Assembly: GCA_965200245.1 (NCBI GenBank)
Contig: CBDATS010000004.1
Location: forward strand, 858,949-922,948
Length of the DNA stretch: 64,000 nucleotides
DNA from: a bacterium
GTDB lineage: Bacteria > UBA8248
Direction: 5' to 3'
Shown: piece after piece, positions 46,802 to 55,729 of the stretch
Position numbering within the stretch: position 1 is the stretch's first letter
How the letters are laid out: every line of letters begins with the position of its first letter
The notes under the pieces: generated by a model
What the model was told of the DNA's origin: nothing
Database searches by the model: none
Seen by the model: only the letters and a program-made list of their open reading frames with translations
Program-made: the position numbers and the translations under genes

Positions 46802-47272
46802 ATGATAGGTCCCATGCACCATTCCAGCAGAACGGTTTCAGACATCGAAAGGTCCGTCGATTTCTACCGCGACATCCTGGGTTTTGAAGTGGTGGAAGAT
46901 ATTTCCTCCAAAGAGGAAGGAATCCAATACGCCTCGACCACACCCGGAAGTCATCTTCGGATTGTCATGCTTCAGGCGGGAGGCGCGGTCGTGGAACTCA
47001 TCCAGTTCCTGGAGGAAGAGGGAAAGCCCTACGACAACCCGCCGGCGCTGAACGACGTGGGCAGCAGCCACATCGCTTTCGAACCCGAAGACATGGATGC
47101 CGCCTATGAGGAGTTGGTGGCCAGGGGCGTGAGGTTCGCCACACCTCCTCAAGTGACGTGGCGCGGTGACGGGCGTTACTGGCGAGCCGCCATTTTCTAC
47201 GATCCGGACGGCTTCGATCTCGCCCTGTTCAAAATGTATGAGGGTGAACTCGCCGAGGCAGTCTCCGGCTGA
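46802..47272 (+). CDS. VOC (glyoxalase/bleomycin-resistance/dioxygenase) family protein
   Basis: 156 aa. HHSSRTVSDIERSVDFYRDILGFEV and HIAFE metal-ligand pattern. Confidence 0.85.
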   Translation: MIGPMHHSSRTVSDIERSVDFYRDILGFEVVEDISSKEEGIQYASTTPGSHLRIVMLQAGGAVVELIQFLEEEGKPYDNPPALNDVGSSHIAFEPEDMDAAYEELVARGVRFATPPQVTWRGDGRYWRAAIFYDPDGFDLALFKMYEGELAEAVSG

Positions 47273-47301
47273 GTTCGTAACTTCATGGAGGAAACGACGT
47301 C

Positions 47302-48075
47302 ATGATGCTAAGCAACCTGACCTGGATGGAAGTGCGCGACTTGATTCCCGAGAACCCGGTCATCATCCAGCCCGTGGGCTCGACCGAGCAGCACGGCCCG
47401 CATCTGCCGCTTCAGGTGGACATATCGAGCGCGTTCGAAGTCGCGAAGGCCGTCGGCGACCGGACAGGCTGCCTCGTCGCCCCACCGCTTCCCTACGGCT
47501 ATTCGGAGGTGTGGGAGAATTTCCCCGGCACCATCAGCTTCACGGCCGATACCTTCATGACCTGCGTCGGCGAAATCACCGAAAGCCTTGTGCGAAACGG
47601 TTTCAGGAAAATTTTCTTCCTGAATGGCCACAACCCGAACCTGCCACTGCTGCAAACCATGATGTTCAGGCTCATGGATCGCTACGGGAGAAATGGAGAC
47701 ATCCTCATAGTAGCCGGGAGCTATTTCATGGTGGACAAGGAAACGTGTGACAAAATTGGCGACAATTTCCGCGAGGGCACCCACGCGAACGAGTTCGAGA
47801 CGTCCTTCATGATGCATATCCGCCCGGGCATGGTGCACGTGGACAAGTTGGGAGACTGGGAATACAAACCCGAACTGGTGCTCTCCTATCAGCACGGAGT
47901 GACATCGGTCGTGCGTCTACCGGACAGCCGGGTTCACAACGGCGTATACGGGGATCCGCGCCGGGCTACACCGGAAAAGGGCCGCCAGTACTTCGAAGCC
48001 TGCGTGAACAAGGTGGTCGAGATTGTGGAGAACTTCAACCCGGATTACTTCGGGATACAGGAAGTCTATAAGTAG
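47302..48075 (+). CDS. Creatininase-family amidohydrolase
   Basis: 257 aa. N-terminal LTWMEV...PVGSTEQHGPHLPLQVD and GHNPN motifs. Confidence 0.85.
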   Translation: MMLSNLTWMEVRDLIPENPVIIQPVGSTEQHGPHLPLQVDISSAFEVAKAVGDRTGCLVAPPLPYGYSEVWENFPGTISFTADTFMTCVGEITESLVRNGFRKIFFLNGHNPNLPLLQTMMFRLMDRYGRNGDILIVAGSYFMVDKETCDKIGDNFREGTHANEFETSFMMHIRPGMVHVDKLGDWEYKPELVLSYQHGVTSVVRLPDSRVHNGVYGDPRRATPEKGRQYFEACVNKVVEIVENFNPDYFGIQEVYK

Positions 48076-48117
48076 ACTCAAGGTGAGTCGCAGCAGTCCG
48101 CATTACCCGTTGCGGGC

Positions 48118-49206
48118 TTAAATGGCGAGTCCGGAGTCTGCGTCGAAGAAAAAGAGATTGTCCTCGCGCATCACCACCCGGGCTTCGTCTCCCATGTCGA
48201 CCCTGAGGGCGGAGGGTGTTCTCGCCATGATCGACACATCCTCGAAAGCGAGTTCTAGTACCTGATCCGCCCCGTAAGGTTCCAGGAGCAATACCTTGCT
48301 CAGGTAGCCGCCTCCGTTATCTTCGGAACCTTTCACGATGACGTCCTCGGGGCGAATACCCAAAATCACCTTGTCCCTGTTCTTTTCTTCCAGGCGCTTG
48401 CGTTGACCGGCAGGTGGTTCCACGGCGAAACTGCCGTAGCGGAAGCGAAGTCTTCCGTTTTCCCGTTCCAGTGAACCCGGGATGAGGTTCATCGGTGGCG
48501 TTCCCACGAACTGCGCCACAAAGGTGTTGGCAGGCTCGTGATAGACGGCGTAGGGAGAGGCATATTGCTGGAGCACGCCGTCTTTCAGGAGCGCTATCTC
48601 GTCCGCCATGTTCAGCGCCTCCACCTGATCATGGGTCACGTAGATCATGGTGGTTTTCAGGCGGCGGTGAAGCTTTTTGAGTTCCGCGCGCATTTCGACC
48701 CTGAGCGCGGCGTCCAGATTCGAGAGCGGTTCGTCCATAAGAAACGCCCAGGGCTCCCGGACAATCGCCCGGCCAAGCGCCACTCTCTGGCGCTGGCCAC
48801 CGGAGAGTTCGCGAGGTCTGCGGGCCAGAAGATCCTCGATGTTCAGTGCCTCGGCCGCCCAGCGAACCTTTTCCTCGATTTCCGCCCTGGACATCTTCAT
48901 CATTCGCAAGGGAAAAGCCAGATTGTCCCGCACACGGAGATGGGGGTAGAGGGCGTAGCTCTGAAATACCATGGCCATGTTGCGGCGATGTGCAGGAATG
49001 TGGCGCACATCCAGCCCGTCGATGAGAATCGCGCCCTCGGTAGGTTCCAGCAGGCCCGCGACCACATTCAGGATCGTGGTTTTCCCGCACCCGGAAGGAC
49101 CCAGGAGAACGACAAACCTGCCGTCTTCGATTCCGAGATTCACGTTGTCTACAGCTACCACCTCGCCGTAGTTTTTGGTCAGGTTCTCCAGTACGACTTT
49201 CGCCAT
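48118..49206 (-). CDS. Sugar-type ABC transporter ATP-binding protein (MalK/UgpC-like)
   Basis: Walker A GPSGCGKTT, signature LSGGQRQR, C-terminal TOBE-like domain. Confidence 0.93.
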   Translation of the reverse strand: MAKVVLENLTKNYGEVVAVDNVNLGIEDGRFVVLLGPSGCGKTTILNVVAGLLEPTEGAILIDGLDVRHIPAHRRNMAMVFQSYALYPHLRVRDNLAFPLRMMKMSRAEIEEKVRWAAEALNIEDLLARRPRELSGGQRQRVALGRAIVREPWAFLMDEPLSNLDAALRVEMRAELKKLHRRLKTTMIYVTHDQVEALNMADEIALLKDGVLQQYASPYAVYHEPANTFVAQFVGTPPMNLIPGSLERENGRLRFRYGSFAVEPPAGQRKRLEEKNRDKVILGIRPEDVIVKGSEDNGGGYLSKVLLLEPYGADQVLELAFEDVSIMARTPSALRVDMGDEARVVMREDNLFFFDADSGLAI

Positions 49207-49230
49207 TCTCGACTGCTCCTATGAAACCGG

Positions 49231-50169
49231 CTAACCCTTCACTGCTCCCGCCGTCAGGCCGCGCACGAAGTAGCGCTGGAATATGAGGGCCAGGGCGACG
49301 GGAATGACGACGCAGGCTACGCCCGCTGCATTCATCCGTGCGTAGCTCACAGAGAACTCCGAGACGAAATCGAGAAGCGTCACCGTAATCGGCCGGGTAT
49401 TCATCGTCTGTGTCAGGACAAGCGGGAAGAGAAACTCGTTCCAGCTCGTGAGGAACACGAACACCCCGGCAGTGACGATGGCCGGCGCCGAAAGCGGCAG
49501 AATCACTCGCCAGAGAGTCTGGAAGCGATTGCAGCCGTCCACGCGCGCGGCGCTTTCGATCTCCTGGGGGACAGTCTCGAAATAGGCGACCAGTACGAAG
49601 ATCGCAAGAGGCAGGGAAATCGGAATATAGGCCACGATGAGTCCCATGTAGGTATCAAGTATACCGAGCCCCCGGATCATCAGGTAGAACGGGACGATTA
49701 GAGACACTTCGGGCACGATTCTGGAAGCCAGTACGACGTAGAAAAGGGACTGCTTTCCCGCAAAGCGAAGTCGTGCGAAACCGTATGCCGCCAGACATCC
49801 CAATATGACGTTGATAATGGTGACGCTCAAGGCCACGACGAAGCTGTTCCACATCGAGGGCAACACATCTGCCGTTGGGAACGTGGAGTATCCGGCCATC
49901 TTCTTGTCGAACGCAACACTCGTGTCGGCGGGCTTTCTGAGGATGATCTCTTCATAGTTTCCGATGTTGAGTTGTGGTGGCACCCAATTGGGTGGAACCG
50001 ACACCACGTCCTTTTCGAACTGGAGACTTGAATTGAGCATCCAGTAGAAAGGTGAAATCGCGTAGAAAAGCATGGCGGCGACGATCAGGTAGAGTGCAAT
50101 TCGCCCCATGAAGGCGGCACGGCGGTATCTCTGCACTGCCTGAATGTCGGGAACGCTCGGGGCAGCCAT
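49231..50169 (-). CDS. CUT1-type ABC permease (MalG/UgpE-like)
   Basis: Start at MAAPSVPD, 3 nt after the upstream permease stop. EAA loop ESAARVDGCNRFQTLWRVILP. Confidence 0.9.
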   Translation of the reverse strand: MAAPSVPDIQAVQRYRRAAFMGRIALYLIVAAMLFYAISPFYWMLNSSLQFEKDVVSVPPNWVPPQLNIGNYEEIILRKPADTSVAFDKKMAGYSTFPTADVLPSMWNSFVVALSVTIINVILGCLAAYGFARLRFAGKQSLFYVVLASRIVPEVSLIVPFYLMIRGLGILDTYMGLIVAYIPISLPLAIFVLVAYFETVPQEIESAARVDGCNRFQTLWRVILPLSAPAIVTAGVFVFLTSWNEFLFPLVLTQTMNTRPITVTLLDFVSEFSVSYARMNAAGVACVVIPVALALIFQRYFVRGLTAGAVKG

Positions 50170-50171
50170 GC

Positions 50172-51179
50172 TCAACCCTCCTGCGGCCTGTAGAGAATCT
50201 TGATGTAGCCGATCGCCAGGATGAAGGTGGCGATGGCGATAACGTAGGAAATCGCCGCGCCAGAACCGAATTGCAGGTTCCGGAATGTCTCCACGTATGT
50301 GTACCAGGAGACGAGCGCTGTCGCGTCGCCGGGACCTCCCTCCGTCAGGATGTAGACCAGGTCGAAGGTCTTGATGGATATGATCGAGGTGTATACCAGA
50401 ACGAGCAGGAAAGCCAGCTTGAGCGCAGGCAGGGTGATGTGCCAGAACCGCCTCGAAGCACCCGCCTGATCGATCTTGGCCGCGCTGTAAAGGTCCTCGG
50501 GAATGGCCTGGAGCGCCGTCAGGAACAATACGGTCGCCAGGGGCACTTCCTTCCACACGAAAGCGTTCACCAGGGTGTAGAGCGCGCGGTTGGGGTTGCT
50601 GAGCCACGTCTGGTACTTGTCGATAATGCCAAGGGAAACCAGAAGCCCGTTCAGCACCCCGTAGTCGGAGTGGTAGATCCATTCCCAGATCAAGCCGTTT
50701 GCCACGTAGGGTACCGCCCAGGGCACGAGGATGAGCGGCACCGCCCACTTTCGGACTCCTGGTCCCAGTTCATTGAGTGCCAGGGAGAAGATGAGGCCGA
50801 GTATGGCCACGGCGACCACCGACACCACGACAAAGATGATCGTATTCACGAGCGCGTTGTAGAAATCCTCGCTCTCCAGGAACATGACATAATTCTCGAA
50901 ACCAACGAAGGGGTTTCTGTGAGGTCTCTTCAGGTTATAGACGTGGACGCTGACGTAGAACGAATGCAGGATGGGATAGATGTTGAGCAATACCATGAGC
51001 AACAGCGCAGGTCCCACGAAAAACGCCGCTATCCCGCCTTCTGTTTGCATGCGACGGACGAACCAGCCTTTGAGGCCCGTTGCTACGGCGGGTTCTGCTC
51101 TGTCGACGGACAGGATATTCGCCAAGGAAAGTCTCCTTCCCGCCTCCCCCGGCAGCACATCGCCGGGGGAGGCGACCAC
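50172..51179 (-). CDS. CUT1-type ABC permease (MalF/UgpA-like)
   Basis: EAA loop YSAAKIDQAGASRRFWHITLP. Start uncertain (51179 or 51050). Confidence 0.85.
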   Translation of the reverse strand: MVASPGDVLPGEAGRRLSLANILSVDRAEPAVATGLKGWFVRRMQTEGGIAAFFVGPALLLMVLLNIYPILHSFYVSVHVYNLKRPHRNPFVGFENYVMFLESEDFYNALVNTIIFVVVSVVAVAILGLIFSLALNELGPGVRKWAVPLILVPWAVPYVANGLIWEWIYHSDYGVLNGLLVSLGIIDKYQTWLSNPNRALYTLVNAFVWKEVPLATVLFLTALQAIPEDLYSAAKIDQAGASRRFWHITLPALKLAFLLVLVYTSIISIKTFDLVYILTEGGPGDATALVSWYTYVETFRNLQFGSGAAISYVIAIATFILAIGYIKILYRPQEG

Positions 51180-51185
51180 CTGTAA

Positions 51186-51557
51186 TTAACCGTAGCGCTT
51201 CTTCAGCCTGTTCCACTGCTTGGTCAGGGTCTTGAGCGTACCAACGATGTCGGCCTGGCCCAGGATCGCCTTGTGAACACGCGGGCGCATGAACTGATCC
51301 CACTCCGCGTACCAGACAGCCTTTTGTCCGTCCTTGGGTTTGCTGAGCGCCATCTGGCTCTCGAAGAGCTTCGCCTCGCCCCACTTGTTCGCGGCCGAGA
51401 TGATGTCGGGATCCTTGAACAGCGGTGCGTGGCCGAAGCCCAGACCGAACTCGGTGAACCACTTCTTCGCCGTGCGGTAGGTGCCCGATTTATCCTTGCC
51501 GCCCAGGAAGTCGACCATCTTCCAGGACATCGCCTTGCGCGCGGGGTCTTTCGCGGC
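51186..51557 (-). CDS. C-terminal part of the ABC substrate-binding protein (downstream of the in-frame TAG)
   Basis: Same frame as 51558-52523. AAKDPARKAMSWKMVDFLGG... is the typical helix following the second-lobe strand of family-1 binding proteins. Confidence 0.8.
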   Translation of the reverse strand, partial: AAKDPARKAMSWKMVDFLGGKDKSGTYRTAKKWFTEFGLGFGHAPLFKDPDIISAANKWGEAKLFESQMALSKPKDGQKAVWYAEWDQFMRPRVHKAILGQADIVGTLKTLTKQWNRLKKRYG

Positions 51558-52523
51558 CTAGGCAGTCATGCTGTAGGCCCTCGTCCAGCCGCACACGTTG
51601 GGTTTCGAGTTGTTCGCGGTTGGGATGAGGGCCATCTTGATCTTGCCGGCCACTTTCGAGGATTTGGGCTCGTTCGCCGCTCGAAGACGGTAGTTCGGCA
51701 GGATGGCGAAGCTGCCCGTGCCACTGCTGAAAGCCTTGAGCGCGGCGACCTCGTTGAGTTCCAGGAAGCCCGGCTGCGTGATCTTGTGCTTTTTGGCAGC
51801 GTCGATGATCCACTGTATGGTCTGCGCCGCGGGGGAGCCTTCCTTGTCGTAATTCATGACGTTGTATTTCTCGTCGACGAACCTTCCTCCCCGGCTGTAC
51901 ATCATGGTGAAGAGCATCTCGCCCATCCAGAAGTCGGCCTTCAGGAACTGAAGGAAGGGATACTCCTGAATTCCCTTGCTCTTGATTTGGAGGCTTTGCT
52001 GAACCACTTCGTCCCAGGTCTTCGGAGGTGCGCCGATGCCCGCTTTCTCCAGGTGTTCCTCGTTGTAAAGGAACGCCATATGGCCCACGTAGTAGGGCAA
52101 ACCGTAGAGTTTGCCATTGTAAGTGAGCGCGTCTGCGGTCGGACCGATAAACTCCTTGCGGTATTCGTCTACGCGCGGAAATTCATCGATGGGATACAGC
52201 CAGCCCGCTTCGACAAACTCGGCGAGATGGCCGTCGATCATGTAGATGACATCCAGAGGCGTTTTGCCGGTGAACTTGACCACCAGCGTATCGTGGTACT
52301 TGCTGCCCGGCGTGTTGCCATAGTTGATCTTGACCTTGGCGAGCTTCTCGAATTCGGTGATACACTGCTTCACGAAGCTAATGCCGTAGGTCCAACTGTA
52401 GAAATTGAGCGTTTTCACCATCGCCGCCGAGGGCGTCGCCCGCGAGACGGGCAAGGCCAAGGCAGCCGTTCCAAGTGCGGCATTGCGAAGGAGTTTCCGA
52501 CGACTCAGTCCGATTTCTTTCAT
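51558..52523 (-). CDS. N-terminal part of a Tat-signal ABC substrate-binding protein, ending at in-frame TAG
   Basis: GGAGGG RBS. Twin-arginine signal MKEIGLSRRKLLRNAALGTAALA. Family-1 extracellular solute-binding pattern. 322 aa before the TAG at 51558-51560. Confidence 0.85.
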   Translation of the reverse strand: MKEIGLSRRKLLRNAALGTAALALPVSRATPSAAMVKTLNFYSWTYGISFVKQCITEFEKLAKVKINYGNTPGSKYHDTLVVKFTGKTPLDVIYMIDGHLAEFVEAGWLYPIDEFPRVDEYRKEFIGPTADALTYNGKLYGLPYYVGHMAFLYNEEHLEKAGIGAPPKTWDEVVQQSLQIKSKGIQEYPFLQFLKADFWMGEMLFTMMYSRGGRFVDEKYNVMNYDKEGSPAAQTIQWIIDAAKKHKITQPGFLELNEVAALKAFSSGTGSFAILPNYRLRAANEPKSSKVAGKIKMALIPTANNSKPNVCGWTRAYSMTA

Positions 52524-52867
52524 GCTCAACCCTCCATCGTCACCCAGGAGAACTTTGCTCCCCCATGGCATGGGCGACTGCCATCGGGGCAGAACCAGGC
52601 CACAATACAGCCGAGAAACCCTGCACCGGGCCTCTCGACTCACTCGGATTCAGACGAAGAGACAGGATACGTTTCTAACGACAGGAGGCGAAGCGGGACA
52701 CCAAAGCCCTAGAGGCAACGATACCACCGGTTCGCGTTTCCCACTCTCCGGCGTTCGAAAAATCCTCAATCAACTTCTATAAATTCAAAAAGTATACGAA
52801 AAACGCTAGCAGGATTTCCCCGCACTGTCAATTGGAACACAACGTCAGGGTACGTCGAGCACACCGC

Positions 52868-53260
52868 CTAGCTGCGCGAGACGAGTTCGATGCTGATGTC
52901 GTCCGGCCCTCTGATGAAGGCGATTTTCGTGCCCGGGCCGATCTCCCATGGAGCACAAATGAAGTCAGCACCCTTCGCGCGCAGGTCGCTCTCGGCCTTG
53001 TCCATGTCGTCGACGATGAGGCCGAAATGGTCCAGTCCGTAGCGCGGGTCGCTCGTCGTGCGCACGGGATTTTCACCCTCCGCCCGGCCCGAGACGAGAA
53101 AGCACATGCCATTCAAATCGAAGCTGAAAATCGGAGAACCACCCAGGTCCCCCTCGTCCACCACCTTCGCGCCGAACATCTCCTCCCAGAAATTTCTCGT
53201 GGCGTGAGGGTCTTCACTTCGAAAGTGCAAATGATCGTATCCGTAGGTGGGCATGGACAT
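52868..53260 (-). CDS. VOC (glyoxalase) family protein
   Basis: Start MSMPTYGYDHLHF behind GGAGGGG. DHFGLIVDD and IELV pattern. Confidence 0.8.
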   Translation of the reverse strand: MSMPTYGYDHLHFRSEDPHATRNFWEEMFGAKVVDEGDLGGSPIFSFDLNGMCFLVSGRAEGENPVRTTSDPRYGLDHFGLIVDDMDKAESDLRAKGADFICAPWEIGPGTKIAFIRGPDDISIELVSRS

Positions 53261-53444
53261 CTTTTCCCCTCCAGAAAGGTGAACCGAAAACGAGGGCGTC
53301 CCCATCCTCTCATCTGTCCGGCCACAAATGCGCGGGTATCCTGTAAATTATAGAGGCGTCACCAGAGGAATTGTCAAGAAGGGCAATTTTCAGACGGGGT
53401 AAATCAGGAGATCAAGGTATGGCACGAATGACATACCACTCTCC

Positions 53445-55671
53445 TCAACTCTCACACCTCACGTATATTGGACTCGACCAGGCCTGTCCCCCGTCGACTT
53501 GCAGGACGCACACCCAGTAGGGGTTGACGACTTCCGAAGAGGTGTCTTCGTCCGTGAACTGAAAGCGCGCGCTCCAGTCCCTGAGCGTCGACGCGACTTC
53601 GGATACCAGAACGCGGATGTTCACGCCGCCCGCTTCGATGATAGTTGGCTCCGCCGTTATCTCGCCGAGGGACAGTGAGAAACTCTTCACGTCGCTGAAA
53701 AAGGAAAGGCGTGCGTCCAGGGGGGGCGTCCAGGTCGATGAGTACGCCGTCGGGGTCGCCCGAGGTGGCTGTGACGAAGCGCAGCAGCTTGTTCGATACG
53801 CGGGTTACGACATCGTCGTACTGATCGAGTGCGTAGGGCGTGTGCGAAAGCATGGCACCCTTGTCGAGCGCGATGCCGCCGCGCCATTCGACTTTCTTGT
53901 CGCGACCGCTTTTCTGTGTCACCCCACTCCACTGCACGCGGATTCGCCGCGTGCGACCGCCCTCGGTCGGCACACTCACCGGATGGCGGTGAATGGTCTG
54001 TGCCCCGCGTCTGAGTTCCACATCAAGCAAAGGCGCGGTACCGTGGACTTCCACCCGAATCGCGGGCGGGCCTTGCACCTTGACCTCCTCCCCCATGAGA
54101 GCCTTGCCGCAGGAGGTTTTGAGATAGATGCGCTCTCCGTTCGTGGCGTAGGTCCTGCGTGAGCGCATCGCCTCCCAGACGGCTTCGCTCGTGAGTTCTT
54201 TGGCATACAGACCCATAAGGCCGCCCTTCACGTCGAAGGTGACGACGTTGTTCGAGCGTCGGTTGGGATAGACCAGCCCCTGGCGGCCCGTGTGGTCGTC
54301 GCTGCCACCGATGAAACCTACACAGAAGCCACGCGCGAGCACTTCCTCGGCGAACCATTCGAAGGTGCCGTGGTGCGAGTGGATTTCCGCCAGGTGAACG
54401 AATTCCGCGTCGAAGAAATCGAGGTTGCAGGCGCGGCCACCCACATGGGCGACACTCATCACGTCCTTCCGGCCACGGAAGGTCTCCCAAAGGGCCGAGA
54501 TGGGAAACCTGTCGTCCTTCACGTCTGAAAGGTCGTCTATCCCTGCATGAGAGCTTCTGTGGATGGTTCCTTCATCGCCTGCGTAGTAAATGTTGTAATC
54601 GCCTCCACCTGAGCGCGTGCCCGACCATTCGTAGCCCAGGAGGGTGACGAAGCGGCCCGGTTCGTTGAACGCCTTGCACCCGCGCACGACCTCCGCCCAG
54701 TCTTCCTTGCGGACGCGGAAATCGTTGCCCTGCCACGCGGCAATGTCCACGCCGGCCTTATCGCGTGCGAAGCGGAAATACTCCTCCACCGTGCCCGTGC
54801 CGACCGTGGAGCGCGTCTGTCCGTGAATGTCCCCCCAGAAGAGGGAGTAAGGATCATCCGGTGTCCTCGGCAGAATCGGTGGGCTCAGGGAAACCAGCCC
54901 TGTCGGGTCTTCGAGCCGCATGCGATACGGCCCCTCGCCCGTCAGCCTCGCGCCGCCCAGGCGCTTGACACCGCCATCGCTGGCAGAAAACCCTACCTTG
55001 CCCGGGACCTGATTCCCCTCGCGCCAGTTCCTGAGACTTTTTTTGATCGACGCTTCCCCGATAAATTCGTCCGCCGGGTTTCCCCAGCTATCCACGCCAC
55101 GCACGATGGTGGAGAATTCCTCGTCCTGAACGGGCGTCTGGGAACATACAAGATGCCAGGTTTCGGGTGCACCGCCCACAACGCGGATTTCGGGATCCCT
55201 CTCAAGCTCATAGAAATGTTTGCGGTTAAAGGTATCCACAACGATCTTGAATGTGTGGCGCGCTTCGGGGAACGTCTGCGCCCGGATTCCCGGCCCGCCA
55301 CAGCTGGTGTCGCCAAGCACGAGCACGACCTCATCGCCTTCACAGAGATAGCCCTGCGCAATACGGATGGCGACGCCCGAGCGCCAATCGTCGAGATAGC
55401 CCTGTTCCTGATAGCTGAGAGTCAGGCCCACATCCTCGTTCGAGCACGTAACGCTCACGTAGCCAGACGCCGCGGGGTCTTCGAACTGGGGTATCTCCAT
55501 GTCGCTGGATAAACGTTTGCACACGAGTATCTGCGCACCCTCATCCACCCCGTAAGTGCCCGCCGTGAAGATTACCTTCCGCGTGAAAAACGCTCCCGCC
55601 ACAATGGGGTCTTCGGGCTCCACGCGGGCCGTGCCGACATCGAAACGGTAGTGGTCTAATCGCTTGTCCAC
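53445..55671 (-). CDS. Large PHP/DUF3604-like metallohydrolase with N-terminal beta-rich domain; C-terminus frameshifted at a G7/C7 run
   Basis: Metal-ligand-like motifs LFWGDIHGQT, EIHSHHGTFEW and GGSDDHTG. GTG start. The last about 80 aa make sense only in the frame of ORF 53445-53690 (..NPYWVCVLQVDGGQAWSSPIYV). Confidence 0.75.
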
Positions 55672-55729
55672 CAGGACGGTTCCTTACGATTCGTGTCATT
55701 CAAGGGCAAACGCCCCCGCCATTCGCTTT

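Noticed and set aside
47302-48075. Creatininase-family gene as the MftE peptidase of a mycofactocin cluster.
   Set aside because: There is no radical-SAM (MftC), precursor peptide, MftB/D/F or any RiPP-like small ORF nearby. The neighbours are CoA-dependent catabolic enzymes.
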